This document shows positions 40,573 through 55,901 of a DNA stretch of 64,000 nucleotides, in pieces. The translations under genes and the position numbers were made by a program. The notes beneath the pieces were generated by a model that was given only the letters and a program-made list of their open reading frames with translations, had not been told where the DNA came from and searched no databases. How positions within the stretch are numbered: the stretch's first letter is position 1; every line of letters begins with the position of its first letter. Source of the stretch: Eledone cirrhosa (taxonomy: Eukaryota); the NCBI GenBank assembly GCA_964016885.1, contig OZ024765.1:9858001-9922000 (forward strand), read 5' to 3'.

Positions 40573-40628
<56 letters not shown>

Positions 40629-40743
40629 TAAGACGGGTAACCGACATTACCTCGAAAGAAAAAAAAAATCCAGAAAACTGTTAAACAAGCAAAAAGAAAA
40701 GGAAAAATAAAGGATAGAGGAAGGAAAACGAGCAAAGACAGGA

Positions 40744-40792
<49 letters not shown>

Positions 40793-40818
40793 TAGACGGC
40801 TACCCGGCGTTGCCTTCG
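39595..40818 (-). mobile_element. Three Helitron-like 3' termini embedded in (TA)n
   Basis: ACTAGACGGCTACCCGGCGTT at 39595 and 40791 (rc AACGCCGGGTAGCCGT-CTAGT), with a degenerate copy near 40627. Confidence 0.5.
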
Positions 40819-41300
40819 ATAAAAAAAAAAATTAAATTAAAAAAAGAAAGGAAAGGAATAATTTTCAAGAAACTCAGTATTCTCTTTTTTTTCCGATTAA
40901 CCATAATTTTAAACCCAGAACCCTAAATCCGAACTCTAAACCAAAATATCTACTACGTGTTGCAGCTGGGAGTTGGGAGTTACTCCATTCTTACCCGAAC
41001 ACGAGAGAATAAAAAAAAGAAAAGACCCCCAAAAATTACCCCCCCAAAAAAGAAAAAAATATTTAAAAATATGTAAAGAGGAAAAACGAGAAAAAAATTG
41101 GAAGGAAAACGTGAAAGAAAGAACTAAGGCAGAGAGAGAAAGAATTTTGAAGAAGAGGAAGAAGGAAAAATTGAGAAGGAGAACTACTGTCCCCCAGAAA
41201 AAGATAAGAAAGACATTTTCTTCCATTTTCCATACGAAAAAAAATATATTAAAAATATTGAACGATAATAAAGAAAGAAAAATCCAGAAATTGATAAAGT

Positions 41301-41373
<73 letters not shown>

Positions 41374-41642
41374 AATATACAATATATATATATAAATATA
41401 CAATATATATATAATAAATATACATATAACATTTATATATAATATTTATATAATATATATATATAATATATATATAGATATAATATATATAGATATAATA
41501 TATATATATATAATATATATAATATATATAGATATAATATATATAGATATAATATATATATATAATATATATATATATATAATATATATATATAGATATA
41601 ATATATATATAATATATATATATATAGATATAATATATATAT

Positions 41643-41755
<113 letters not shown>

Positions 41756-41781
41756 ATATAAAATACATTTATACTTATATG

Positions 41782-41839
<58 letters not shown>

Positions 41840-42129
41840 CATAATATTTATATTGGACAACAGAACTATTAGAAACCACAGCCAAACTTCCCTCAAACCC
41901 CACCAAATATTAGCAACCCCTCAAAATAAAAAAAAGCAAAAAGGGATCACGGCAAAACGAGACCTATCGAATAACAGGAGTCCTAGGTAGACAACTGCCC
42001 GAAATAAAGACGTGTTGATCACGACTGGAATGTATTTAACGAAGGGACCTGTACCTTGTTGTTGCACCTACTAAAAATAGCAACCAAATCACCCTTGAAC
42101 CATACACTACAGAATTTTAATACATATAT

Positions 42130-42160
<31 letters not shown>

Positions 42161-42162
42161 TT

Positions 42163-42193
<31 letters not shown>

Positions 42194-42270
42194 ATAATAT
42201 ATCTATATATATATAGGAAAATAGTCAGGACCCCGGCGGTGGTTTCTTTTGTAAGGAATCATTAGGAAAG

Positions 42271-42323
<53 letters not shown>

Positions 42324-42418
42324 TACACACAAACAGCCAGGTGGAGAGATGAAGCTGAAACTTCGAAATCACAGCCATCCTTCAAATTAGAAAATATATT
42401 CCTACACAAACACACACA

Positions 42419-42458
<40 letters not shown>

Positions 42459-43921
42459 CCAGACAACTATCTGTAAGTCTGATCTCCGTCCTCCATTTAA
42501 CATTTCACCATTTATATATATATTGAATAAACTCACTTGTTTTTGAAATAAAAAAAGAGACTAAAATGAGGAGAGTTGGTCAGGCTGGAAAACCTTTTGA
42601 TCACAACCTCTCTGGGTCACATCAGCCAGAACAAGAACAACAATAACTGCAACAGCAGAATTGTCAGTATTAACAAGCGTCCCCCGTTTCTCGTCCAGCC
42701 ATTTGTCTTTGAAAGGCTTGACGTCTCCAGTTTTCTCCACACACGCACACACACACATACACAAAAAGAAGCAGACGAATTACATACCCTCATACACACA
42801 AACACACACAAAGTCTCGTTCTCTTTCCAAAATGGCCAAAGTAGCCATGAAAGATTTGCATAAAACCTAATGAAAATTGAATAAATTTGAATAAAATTTG
42901 AATAAAAATCGAATAAAATTAAAAGAAAACTGAATCTAACTGATTAAGAATTGGTTAAAACTGAATAAAACCGAAAACAAAATTAACCTTAGACAAAAAC
43001 GAAAGCAAAATTTAAAAGAAAAAATGGAAATTGAGTAAATTTGAATAAAAATTGAATAAAACTGATTGGGAACTGAATAAAACTGATTCAAAACCGAATA
43101 AAAATTGAAAATAAACTCAATTTGAGACAAAAACGAAATTCAAAGAAAGGAAAATAAAAAAAAGACTTTGGACAATTGAGGAAATATCATTTCTTGATCA
43201 ATTTAGAACTCAAACTACCGACATAATTGTTATCCACCTTAAATACCACTAATACTAGTACTACTACCTTGATTACAACTACTACCACCACCACCACCAC
43301 CACTAATACCACGTCACTAGTCAACACTACCATTATTTCTACTAATACTACCACCATATGGGCCACTACTACAGTCACCCCAAATAACAACACCACCACC
43401 ACCAACACCACCAACACCACTACCTCCATCACCCCAAATAACACCAACAACACTACCACCAACACCACCAATACCACTACCACCACCACCATCACCACTA
43501 CCTTGGTCAATATATTCACAGCAACACCGCCAACATCAACACCACCACTACCACCACCACAACCATCACCATCCCCACTACCACCACCACCACCTGTGAG
43601 ATTATGTATGAGTGAGGGCCTATGAGTTAGTGTATGTGTGCAAGTGAGTGAAGATGTTTGAGTGAGAGTGAAGATGTTGGAGTGGGAGTGAAGATGTTGG
43701 AGTGGGAGTGAAGATGTTGGAGTGGGAGTGACGAGGAGAAATATGCAAATATAGGGGAAAAAATATGATGAAATAAAGGTGTAAGAAAAAAGAAGAGAAA
43801 GAAGGAAAAAGAAGAGAAGAATGAAGGAGAGAAGGAAGGAGAGAAGGAAGGAGAGAAGGAAGGATGGAAATAAAGCTGATAAAGGTCAGCAAGGTAAGTT
43901 ATTTTAACTGTTTCTATATTG

Positions 43922-44008
<87 letters not shown>

Positions 44009-44155
44009 TATGTATATATATATATATATATATACTATATATATACTATATATATATATATATACACACACACAAACACACATATATATATATATACTAT
44101 ATATATACATATATATATATATATACTATATATATACATATATATATATACACAC

Positions 44156-44186
<31 letters not shown>

Positions 44187-44208
44187 TATATATATATATA
44201 TATATACA

Positions 44209-44244
<36 letters not shown>

Positions 44245-44295
44245 TATATATATATATATACACTATATATATATATACACTCTAAATATATTTAA

Positions 44296-44342
44296 GTTTA
44301 AGCAAAGAATCGGTGCTTTCACCCTTAACGGGATCTTCTGAA

Positions 44343-44344
<2 letters not shown>
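44296..44344 (-). ncRNA. Family D hammerhead-like motif (U4A core)
   Basis: rc: GTTT-CAGAAGA-TCCCGTTAAGGGT-GAAA-GCA-CCGATTCTT-TGC-TT/AAAC. Confidence 0.6.
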
Positions 44345-44392
<48 letters not shown>

Positions 44393-44405
44393 GTGTATGT
44401 GTGTT

Positions 44406-44742
44406 TATCCCGGGGGTCAATCGTGGGTAACCGCAGTAAGTAAAGTACTCAATACATAGCAGAGTATAAATATTGAATATAGAAATGGCTTCTACAGTAC
44501 TAGAACTGTTTCATTCGGGAAAGCCCCGATGATTTCTCCCGATTGAAACAGTTCTAGTCCTGCAGAAGCCATTTCTATATATATATATATATATAACGAA
44601 GGAGTTGTGGTAAGGAACCAGATGGACCATAGCGCACCAGAGTACTCAATACTCAGGGTAATAGAGCGGCTATTTCTGGACTATAGTCCATAAATAGCCG
44701 TCGAAACGGCTTGAGCTCTGCCGTCGGGGTCATACTTTTTAC
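44406..44742. mobile_element. Adjacent family A fold-back (44406-44578) and family B (44594-44742) inserts
   Basis: The family B copy preserves the whole stem II, CGGCTATTTCTGGACTATAGTCCATAAATAGCCG. Confidence 0.75.
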
Positions 44743-45269
44743 TATATATATATATATTGTACGTCATTACTCATCCTTTTCCATTTTTCAGAGGGTTTCA
44801 AAACCCCACTATCAGGCTAAAATAAAATTTCTTTAGTCAAAAATACGGCGAACGCTTCTATTATATATGTGCGTGCGTGCCTCTGTGTGTGTGTGTGTGT
44901 GTGTGTGCGTGCGTGCCTGTGTGTGTGTGTGTGTGTGTGTACATATTCTTTCTCTCTCTCTTTCAATCTACTCTCTCACAACCACTATCTCTTTCTCTCT
45001 ATCTTTCTCTCTCTGTTAATGCAGATATACGGAAAAACCCCTTATCTCGCTCCGATTTATGCGAAACTTGTTTTATTCCATTCGTGTTCCCATTTCAGGG
45101 TCAACTTCCTTTTAAAATATTTTCCCATTATGCGCAATTTTGGCTGTATTACATAAACAAGCAGACAATCGCAGAGTTTCAGTAGTATATAGATGTATAT
45201 GTGTGTGTTTGTGTGGGTGTCTATGCAAAAAGCAAACGACGCAGCATAATGAAGAAATATATATGTATA

Positions 45270-45300
<31 letters not shown>

Positions 45301-45391
45301 ATATATATTATATATATATATATATATTATATATATATATATATATATAATATATATATATATATAATATATATATATATATATAATATAT

Positions 45392-45422
<31 letters not shown>

Positions 45423-45423
45423 G

Positions 45424-45481
<58 letters not shown>

Positions 45482-45567
45482 TATATATAATATATATATA
45501 TATATGTATAATATATATAATATATATATATATATGTATAATATATATATATATATATATATATATG

Positions 45568-45742
<175 letters not shown>

Positions 45743-45765
45743 ATATATTTTTTTTTATATATATA

Positions 45766-45809
<44 letters not shown>

Positions 45810-45810
45810 A

Positions 45811-46020
45811 GGCGTGTGGCTGAGTGGTTAGAGAACTGGATTCGCAATCGTGAGGTCGTGAGTTCGATTCCTGGACCAGGCGATGCGTTATGTCCTTGAG
45901 CAAGACACTTTATTTCACGTTGCTCCTTCTACCTGGAGTTGCGACCGATAGATAGTATTAGCAATTGGAAAGACCAACGGAAACATTGTTTCCTCGGTCC
46001 GATTTGACGAAAGTCGATCG
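45811..46020 (+). mobile_element. SINE variant S3
   Basis: Homologous to 32902-33118. Confidence 0.75.
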
Positions 46021-47014
46021 TTAGGAATATATATATATATATATAATAAAATAAGATGCTGAGGTTAAATATCGTTTAATCATAATAATTATTTCCACGG
46101 TTCTCCATGCAATCGATATGTCTTTCATGCATTTGCTGTTGATTATGAGAACGGTTTCCTCAGATGAAGATCGATATATTTGATATGCCGCTGGCAGGCA
46201 AACACACATCCTAATGCCTGTGCCCCCAGCATACATATCATATAATATATATATATATAATATAAAATGAGGTGTTTTGTTTTTTAATGAAAAAAAAAAC
46301 GAGATATCCTACACGAGTGAAAGTATAAGGAAAAAAGATGGAATCGAAAATGAAATGGAACTGGAGTCTTTTGAAGAATATTTATTTGTTTCCATTACCT
46401 GTTTCACAGTTCTTATGCCTTTCAAAACTACAATTGAGATGGAAGGTTTGTATTCTTATATGATATATTTATATATCTAATATATATATATTTATATATC
46501 TAATATATATATATTTATATATCTAATATATATATATATATATTTACATATACATAATATAATATAATATATATATAATATAATATATATATATATAATA
46601 TATATATACATAATATAATATAATATATATATATATATACACATATAATATATATATACATATCTAATATATATGTACACATATATAAATATGTGTATAT
46701 ATATATATATATAATATTATGGGTGTATATATTTATATATATATATATATATATATACACAATATATATACATATCTAATATATGTCATATAGTGTACGA
46801 TAAACACGAAATGTTTCGTGTTTATCGTACACTATTGACTGCTCGGAAGAGCCCCTTCCTGGAGCTTAATTATTGTAAACGACTGAGAGTTTATTCTCAA
46901 AATATAATATAATATCTAATATATGTACATATATATATATGTGTGTATCTATATATGATATATACATATATAATATAATATGTATATACATATATATATA
47001 TATGTGTGTGTGTG

Positions 47015-47104
<90 letters not shown>

Positions 47105-47384
47105 ATAATATGTATAAATATATATATATAAATATAATATAATATATATATGTATATATATATAAATATAATATATATACATATATAATATAATATGTAT
47201 ATACATATAAATATAATATATATACATATATAATATAATATGTATATACATATATATATAAATATATTTATATATAATATATATATATATGTATATATAT
47301 ATACATATAATATATATACATATATAATATATATATATACATATATAACATATGTATATATAGAGCTATCTAATTATGTAATAA

Positions 47385-47790
47385 ATAATTGTTTCTACTT
47401 TTGGCACAAGACCAGCAATTACCCAGTGTATTACTGGTACTTTATTTAATCGACGCCGTAAGGATGAAAGGCAAAGTTAACCACGGTGGGATTTGAACTC
47501 AGAATGGCAAGGGCCGTAACTCTATGCTTGGCGTCCGACCCTCTACCGATACTACCAATCCACTGCCATATTATGTATATTATGTAATAAATTATGTAAT
47601 AAATAATTGTTTCTACTTTAGGCACAAGGCCAGCAACTACCCAGTACATTACTGGTACTTTATTTTATCGACCCCGTAAGGATGAAAGGCAAAGTTAACC
47701 TCGGCAGGATTTGAACTCAGATCATAAAGGGACGTAACTCTATGCTGCAAAGCATGGCGTCCGACCCTCTACCGATATTGCCAATCCACG
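47385..47790 (-). mobile_element. Two tandem S1 SINEs
   Basis: Copies at 47385-47566 and 47603-47790. Confidence 0.85.
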
Positions 47791-47791
47791 C

Positions 47792-47960
47792 AATTATTCC
47801 ATGACCCAAGTTTTCGCCAAGTTAGACGATTCTAACAGATTAAAATCTATAGATTTTAATATCATATCTTATATCCATAATATTTCTATATGATGAACGA
47901 ATTCAGACGCTTCTGTTAAAATCGTCCAACTTCACGAAACTTTTGGTAATGGAATAATTA
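47792..47960. mobile_element. MITE-like element with ~48-bp imperfect inverted ends
   Basis: AATTATTCCATGACC...GACGATTCTAACAGA pairs with TCTGTTAAAATCGTC...GGTAATGGAATAATT. Confidence 0.5.
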
Positions 47961-48121
47961 ATTATATTGTGTTGTTTATTAGGTAATTAAATAAATTTAA
48001 AAATATTGTTATACTTTGGGAGGGTCATGTTGCCAATAAGAAACACACGCAAAGTATAACAATATCGGTTTCAACACACGATTTCAGATAAAGAATCTTG
48101 CTAAACAAATTCAGAAACGAA

Positions 48122-48178
<57 letters not shown>

Positions 48179-48398
48179 TAAATAAATAATATAATATATA
48201 TATAAATATAATATATATAATACAATATATATATACATATATATATAATACAATATATATATATATATATATACACACAATATATATTATATATACGTGT
48301 ATATAACATAATATTATATATATCCTTACGGGGTCGATAAAATAAAGTACCAGTAATGTACTGGGTATTGCTGGCCTTGTGCCTAAAGTAGAAACAAT

Positions 48399-48486
<88 letters not shown>

Positions 48487-48617
48487 AATAATATATATAT
48501 ATGATATAATATATATATAATATAATATATATGTAAAATATGTATATATAAAATGAATATACATAATGTGTTTATATATATATATATAATACAATATATA
48601 TATATCTAATATAATAT

Positions 48618-48757
48618 AGGAAATGAAATAGCCGTCGAAACGGCTTGAGCTCTGCCGTCGGGGTCATAGTTTTTCCTATTTCCCACTCTACTACCCTAAG
48701 TATTGAGTACTCTGGTGCGTTATGGTCCATCTGGTTCCTTACTACAATTCCTTTGTC
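48618..48757 (+). mobile_element. Family B insert
   Basis: AAATAGCCGTCGAAACGGCTTGAGCTCTGCCGTCGGGGTC plus the 3' region. Confidence 0.8.
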
Positions 48758-48933
48758 TAATATAATATATATATATATATATAATATATACATATAATAT
48801 ATATATATATATATAGTTATATAGTTATATATATATATATAGTTATATATATATATATATATAGTTATATATATAATATATATATATATATAGTTATATA
48901 TATATATATATAGTTATATATATATATATATAG

Positions 48934-48971
<38 letters not shown>

Positions 48972-49158
48972 CATATATAATATATGTGTATCTGCGTGTA
49001 TATATATATACTATATTAAAAGTATCAATACATATTAAAATACATGATGTCAAGTTTCTCAATAAAAACTCTAAACGGACCTTAGTTCAGAACATAACTT
49101 ATTGACATTTAAAAGATATATAGAGAGAGAAAGACGCATGCGACTTTTGTGAAACATA

Positions 49159-49199
<41 letters not shown>

Positions 49200-49385
49200 A
49201 TAATAATAATTAATTTGAAGACTAAAATCCAAAGAGGGCTCGATAAGGATAAATATATATCAAATATATAAGAACCGTAAGAGGGCTCGATAAGGATAAA
49301 TATATATCAAATATATAAGAACCGTAAGAGGGCTCGATATCATGCAGAAACAACATCAGTTCTGCGTTTACAGATTGACTTTGTT

Positions 49386-49436
49386 AGTTTCAGAAGATCC
49401 CGTTAAGGGTGAAAGCAGCGATTCTTTGCTTAAACT
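49386..49436 (+). ncRNA. Family D hammerhead-like motif (U4A core, best copy)
   Basis: AGTTT-CAGAAGA-TCCC-GTTAA-GGGT-GAAA-GCA-GCGATTCTT-TGC-TT/AAACT, with AATAAA about 15 nt downstream. Confidence 0.65.
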
Positions 49437-49452
49437 TTAATCTGTTATTTTA

Positions 49453-49529
<77 letters not shown>

Positions 49530-49629
49530 TATTTAGGAAAATATACAGACTAATTTTATAAGACTAGAACCACCTCAATTTGATCTCTCTCTATATATAT
49601 GTGTGTATATATATATATATATGTAAATA

Positions 49630-50047
49630 TGATAATAATGGAGCTGCGGCGTGGCAAATGGGTTACATATGAAAAAGTAAGTCCTTCATCAGTGGCCTTC
49701 CAACCGTCCTAGGCATTTCATCGCTTTAAGGGCCATATACCTCAGGTTGGTGCGAACAACGGCTAAAAAAAGTCGTTGGGACACGTAAATAAAGGGGACG
49801 CTAGGGTGAACAAACAAAATGGTTTAAGCAACAGAAAGTGAGAAGAAAGAGACAGAAATCTGGGACTTGTCTCTTTCTTCTCACTTTCTGTTGCTTAAAC
49901 CATTTTGTTTGTTCACCCTAGCGTCCCCTTTATTTACGTGTCCCAACGACATTTTTTAGCCGTTGCTCGCACCAACCTGAGGTATATGGCCTTTAAAGCG
50001 ATGAAATGCCTAGGACGGTTGGAAGGCCACTGATGAAGGACTTACTT

Positions 50048-50055
<8 letters not shown>
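49630..50055. mobile_element. Family F fold-back element with 188-bp arms
   Basis: Arms 49667-49854 and 49868-50055 with a 13-nt spacer and a few mismatches. It is flanked by (TA)n. Confidence 0.8.
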
Positions 50056-50114
<59 letters not shown>

Positions 50115-50268
50115 ATTCAGGAAAATATACAGACTAATTTTATAAGACTAGAACCACCTCAATTTGATCTCTCTATATATATGTGTGTAGAAAATGGTGT
50201 TTCTCATAAGATATAAACTTCTTTCACATTACATATATCTTTTAAAATCTAATATATATATATATATA

Positions 50269-50311
<43 letters not shown>

Positions 50312-50324
50312 TTATATATATATA

Positions 50325-50413
<89 letters not shown>

Positions 50414-50542
50414 AAATATTATCTATATATATATGTAAATATTATATATATATATATATAAATATTATATATATATATATATGTAAATATTATCTATAAA
50501 TATATATGTAAATATTATAAATATATATATATATGTAAATAT

Positions 50543-50595
<53 letters not shown>

Positions 50596-50622
50596 ATTAT
50601 ATAAATATATATATGTAAATAT

Positions 50623-50661
<39 letters not shown>

Positions 50662-50812
50662 AAATATTATATAAATATATATATATGTAAATATTACATA
50701 TATATGTACAGACTATATATATATACATATATGTGCGTATATTATATATGTATATATATTTATATATATATAATCTATACACACACACACCAGTTACTCA
50801 CCGTATCTATCT

Positions 50813-50864
<52 letters not shown>

Positions 50865-51360
50865 TTATATATAAATATGTAGATATATATATAGATACAT
50901 ATATACGTATACATATATACAGTGTATATATATATATATACATACACACACACACACACACATTTACACACATACCCACACACACACATATATTTATATA
51001 CATAATAAGGAGTTGACGGACCCAGCATATTTATCAATGCCAGTACCAGTTGTATCTCAGGGTACTCAATAGGCAATGTAAGATACATTCCCAGAGTATA
51101 CCCATAGTTATTTGCTTCAATACAACACAGGTAAAACGGGTGCCTATAGTAGTTCCCGGACTCGAGTTTCTGCCACATCACATTTAATGCAGCAGTAGGG
51201 TGCACTGCACCCTCTGTCTGCATATATTATGCAACAATGCATTATCGGCGTATGTGGCTTATATCTTATAAGAAACACCATTTTCTACACACATATATAG
51301 AGAGAGATCAAATTGAGGTGGTTCTAGTCTTATAAAATTAGTCTGTATATTTTCCTGAAT

Positions 51361-51409
<49 letters not shown>

Positions 51410-51502
51410 GAAGTAATTCCGTCGGAAAAGTCCAGAAAAAAAGAGTGCTCTATGTAGGTAACAGAGCTTAATAGTTATGTAATAAACAACATAAGGCAAT
51501 TA

Positions 51503-51564
51503 TTTCATTTACCAGTGGTTTCTTATAAGCAAAAGAAATGTTGCTTTCAATCATCAGAATGAAA
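51503..51564 (-). ncRNA. Hammerhead ribozyme, family J
   Basis: rc: TTTCATT-CTGATGA-TTGAAAGCAACATTTCTTTTGCTTATAA-GAAA-CC-ACT-GG-TA/AATGAAA, with a 7-bp stem I. Confidence 0.75.
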
Positions 51565-52011
51565 AAAATGAAATAATTGCCTTATGTTGTTTATTACATA
51601 ACTATATATATATATATATATATGTATACAAATCAATAACCAATCAATCGACAGAATCCAAACCCCAGCCCATGCCGGCTATTACTGTGTATAACGGCCG
51701 ACACAGTAAAGTGATTTGCTACTGTAATCAGATACAATTCTGTCCCTCAACCAGCCATCGATTTACAAACTTTACGTGGTGGCGATTGATATATATATCT
51801 ATAAATATATATATATATATATATATATGAATATATATATTTATTTATATATAAATATATATATATTTATATATATGAATATATATAAATTTATATATAT
51901 GAATATATATAAATTTATATATATATCTATATCTATTATAAGGAGAGATTAAAGTTTAAGTAAAGAATCGCTGCCCACAAGGTTACGGGTTTATATATAT
52001 TTATATATATA

Positions 52012-52200
<189 letters not shown>

Positions 52201-52236
52201 ATATATATAATATATATATATATATATAATATATAT

Positions 52237-52311
<75 letters not shown>

Positions 52312-52358
52312 CCCTTATGAAGCCCTCTTCGGAATTTAGTCTTCACATTTATTATTAC

Positions 52359-52415
<57 letters not shown>

Positions 52416-52455
52416 ATATATTAATAAATGGAAAATATATTATTAAAATCATATT

Positions 52456-52521
52456 TATTTTATTATACATATTTCAAGGGCAACCAAGGCAAATTATGGT
52501 GCGCTTTCATCAGATAAAATA
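52456..52521 (-). ncRNA. Hammerhead ribozyme, family E (left arm)
   Basis: Reverse complement of 52673-52738. Confidence 0.8.
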
Positions 52522-52672
52522 CAGATTTGTTTTATAAATAAATATTGACATACCCGGAAAAAAGACAACCTTAACGGTTGGAGCTTCCTCGGTTCTGACT
52601 ATCCAGGAAGCTCCAACCGTTAAGGTTGTCTTTTTTCCGGGTATGTCAATATTTATTTATAAAACAAATCTG

Positions 52673-52738
52673 TATTTTATCTGATGAAAGCGCACCATAA
52701 TTTGCCTTGGTTGCCCTTGAAATATGTATAATAAAATA
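52673..52738 (+). ncRNA. Hammerhead ribozyme, family E (right arm)
   Basis: TATTTTAT-CTGATGA-AAGCGCACCA...TGGTTGCCCTT-GAAA-TATGTA-TA/ATAAAATA, with an 8-bp stem I. Confidence 0.8.
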
Positions 52739-53734
52739 AATATGGTTTTATAAATATAGTTTCCATTTATTAATATATTGTGTATTTACTCCACTAAATT
52801 GTTGAGTGCTTTATATCAGTTATAATTTTTTTTAAGCTTGTTGAATCCCAACAAATTAAATATAACCTCTGCATATATATATATATATATATATGAATAA
52901 ATATATATATTTATATATATATATGAATAAATATATATATGTATATATATATATATATATTATATATATGAATAAATATATATATTTATATATATGTAGA
53001 TAAATCTACCAAGAGTTTACGGTAGTGTCCAATCCGTATGAAGAACTCAATGTAATCCGGATATCATGGAAAGAAGAGATGCAATGAAAAATATATATAT
53101 TTATATATATATATATATTATATATATGAATAAATATATATATATTTATATATATATATATATATTATATATATTAATAAATATATATATTTATATATAT
53201 ATATATATATATTATATATATGAATACATATATATATTTATATATATATATATATATATGAATAAATATATATATTTATATATATATATATGAATAAATA
53301 TATATATATATATATATATACATATATATAATATATATATATATACATATATATATTGTTATATATATATATATATGAATATATATATATATATACATAT
53401 ATATAATATATATATATATATATACATATATATATAATATATATATATATATATACATATATATATAATATACATATATATAATATATATATATATATAC
53501 TTATATATAATATATATACATAGATATATCTAATATATATACATAAATACATGTAATATATATATATACATAGATATAATATATATATATATTTATACAT
53601 ACATGTAATGTATATACATATATATGCATATATATATAATATATATACATATATACCTGATTAGTTCTTTCGTTGTTTTGGTATTGTATGGTTGGGTTTT
53701 GCCTACCGCAATTTTTAATTTGTCAAGCTATTTA

Positions 53735-54123
53735 AACGTAATGTTATTACTCTAACGTAATGTTATTACTCTAACGTAATGTTATTACTCTAACGTAATG
53801 GACGGTGGATTGGCAGTATCGGTAGAGGGTCGGACGCCATGCTTTCCAGCATAGTTACGTCCCTTTACGATCTGAGTTCAAATCCCGCCGAGGTTGACTT
53901 TGCCTTTCATCCTTACGGGGTCGATAAAATAAAGTACCAGTAATGCACTGAGTAATTGCTGGCCTTGTGCCTAAAGTAGAAACAGTTATTACTCTAACGT
54001 AATGTTATTACCCGCCGAGGTTAACTTTGCCTTTCATCCTTACGGGGTCGATAAAATAAAGTACCAGTAATGTACTGCGTAATTTCTGGCCTTGTGCAAA
54101 TAGTAGAAACAGTTATTACTCTA
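53735..54123 (+). mobile_element. S1 SINE plus partial duplicate inserted in a family M element, with 19-bp tandem copies of the target
   Basis: TAACGTAATGTTATTACTC repeats flank SINEs at 53802-53983 and 54011-54110. The host sequence is homologous to 60555-60670. Confidence 0.75.
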
Positions 54124-54220
54124 AGGACCTACCCTTATTGAGTGCTTTGCTACTCATTCCTTATTGTAGGTCGTCTTTGCTTGGCCACAGCCAAAGCTTC
54201 GATTTTACTAAGCTTCTACT

Positions 54221-54269
<49 letters not shown>

Positions 54270-54339
54270 CAGATGCGAAAACCAACCAAACAGTGAGTGT
54301 GTTCAGTAATTATTTCATAATATATATATGTATATGTAC

Positions 54340-54463
<124 letters not shown>

Positions 54464-54572
54464 CAGATGCGAAAACCAACCAAACAGTAAGTGTGTTCAG
54501 TAATTATTTCATAATATATATATATATATGTATATGTACATTTATATATATATATACATATATACATATACA

Positions 54573-54688
<116 letters not shown>

Positions 54689-54736
54689 CATATATATGTA
54701 TATATGGATCGGTCATTAGACAGAGATTTTATGTAA

Positions 54737-54789
<53 letters not shown>

Positions 54790-54910
54790 CGTATGCGTAA
54801 ATATATATATATATTTATGTATATATATGTGTAAATATATATATATCTAAAGACATTTTTTTCAAATTCCAACCCACCCGTACCTGCAATCTATTTGATT
54901 TCTCATTCTT

Positions 54911-54946
54911 TCTTCTGATGAAGGACTAGCGTTCGAAACGTTAAGA
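54911..54946 (+). ncRNA. Minimal hammerhead ribozyme, family G
   Basis: TCTT-CTGATGA-AGGAC-TAGC-GTTC-GAAA-CG-TT/AAGA. Confidence 0.8.
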
Positions 54947-55155
54947 CCTTCTTCCCGCTAATATATTCACCTAATATATTCCTTCCATATACTGTACCAA
55001 TTTTGTTGTTATTTCTGTTTATCCTTTAAACACGCACACACACATACATAAATATACATATATATATGTAAATATACATATACATAAATATAAATGTAAA
55101 TATATATTAAAAAAATGGTGTAGACATACAACACAACAGGATGAAAATATAACAC

Positions 55156-55193
55156 CACTGACGATGTTGCAGATGTGCAACGAAAGATTTATG
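55156..55193 (+). ncRNA. Hammerhead-like motif
   Basis: CA-CTGACGA-TGTTGCA-GATG-TGCAAC-GAAA-GATT-TA/TG. Stem II is strong but stems I and III are weak. Confidence 0.5.
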
Positions 55194-55391
55194 ATAAACT
55201 ATATATATGTGTTTGTGTCTATATTGTATCTGTATTATTTTTGACCGTCGGTCAGTCAATGGCAACATTGAGGACCGAGTAAGTTAGATCGCAGATATAA
55301 AAGACAGCGAGAAGCGAAAACCAACCAAACAGTGAGTGTGTTCTGTTATTAATTCTGGCAATATTACACAAATATGACCCTCCCCAAGTAT

Positions 55392-55428
<37 letters not shown>

Positions 55429-55593
55429 TATATAAATATAAATATATATATATATAAATAAAAATATATATATATATAAATATTAATATATATATATATA
55501 AATAAATATATATATATATAAATATAAATATATATATATATAAATAAAAATATATATATATATAAATATTAATATATATATATATAAATAAAT

Positions 55594-55651
<58 letters not shown>

Positions 55652-55713
55652 TATATATATATAAATATATATATAAATATATAAATAAATATATACACAC
55701 ACATAAATATATA

Positions 55714-55813
<100 letters not shown>

Positions 55814-55830
55814 CATATATATATATATAT

Positions 55831-55861
<31 letters not shown>

Positions 55862-55869
55862 ATAGATAC

Positions 55870-55901
<32 letters not shown>

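Larger units (their letters stand above)
52411..52873 (+). mobile_element. Family E fold-back element with ~179-bp arms and a 3' extension
   Basis: Arms 52411-52589 and 52605-52783 with a 15-nt spacer. It is flanked by (TA)n. Confidence 0.85.

Noticed and set aside
43864-43899. Possible micro-exon ATG...CAAG/GTAAGT
   Set aside because: Only a donor consensus in purine-rich low-complexity DNA, with no supporting partner exon.
49995-50045. SECIS element or type II hammerhead in family F
   Set aside because: ATGAA and TGA are present, but the 11-13-bp helix and apical AA are missing, and no UH site or stem II pairing can be drawn.
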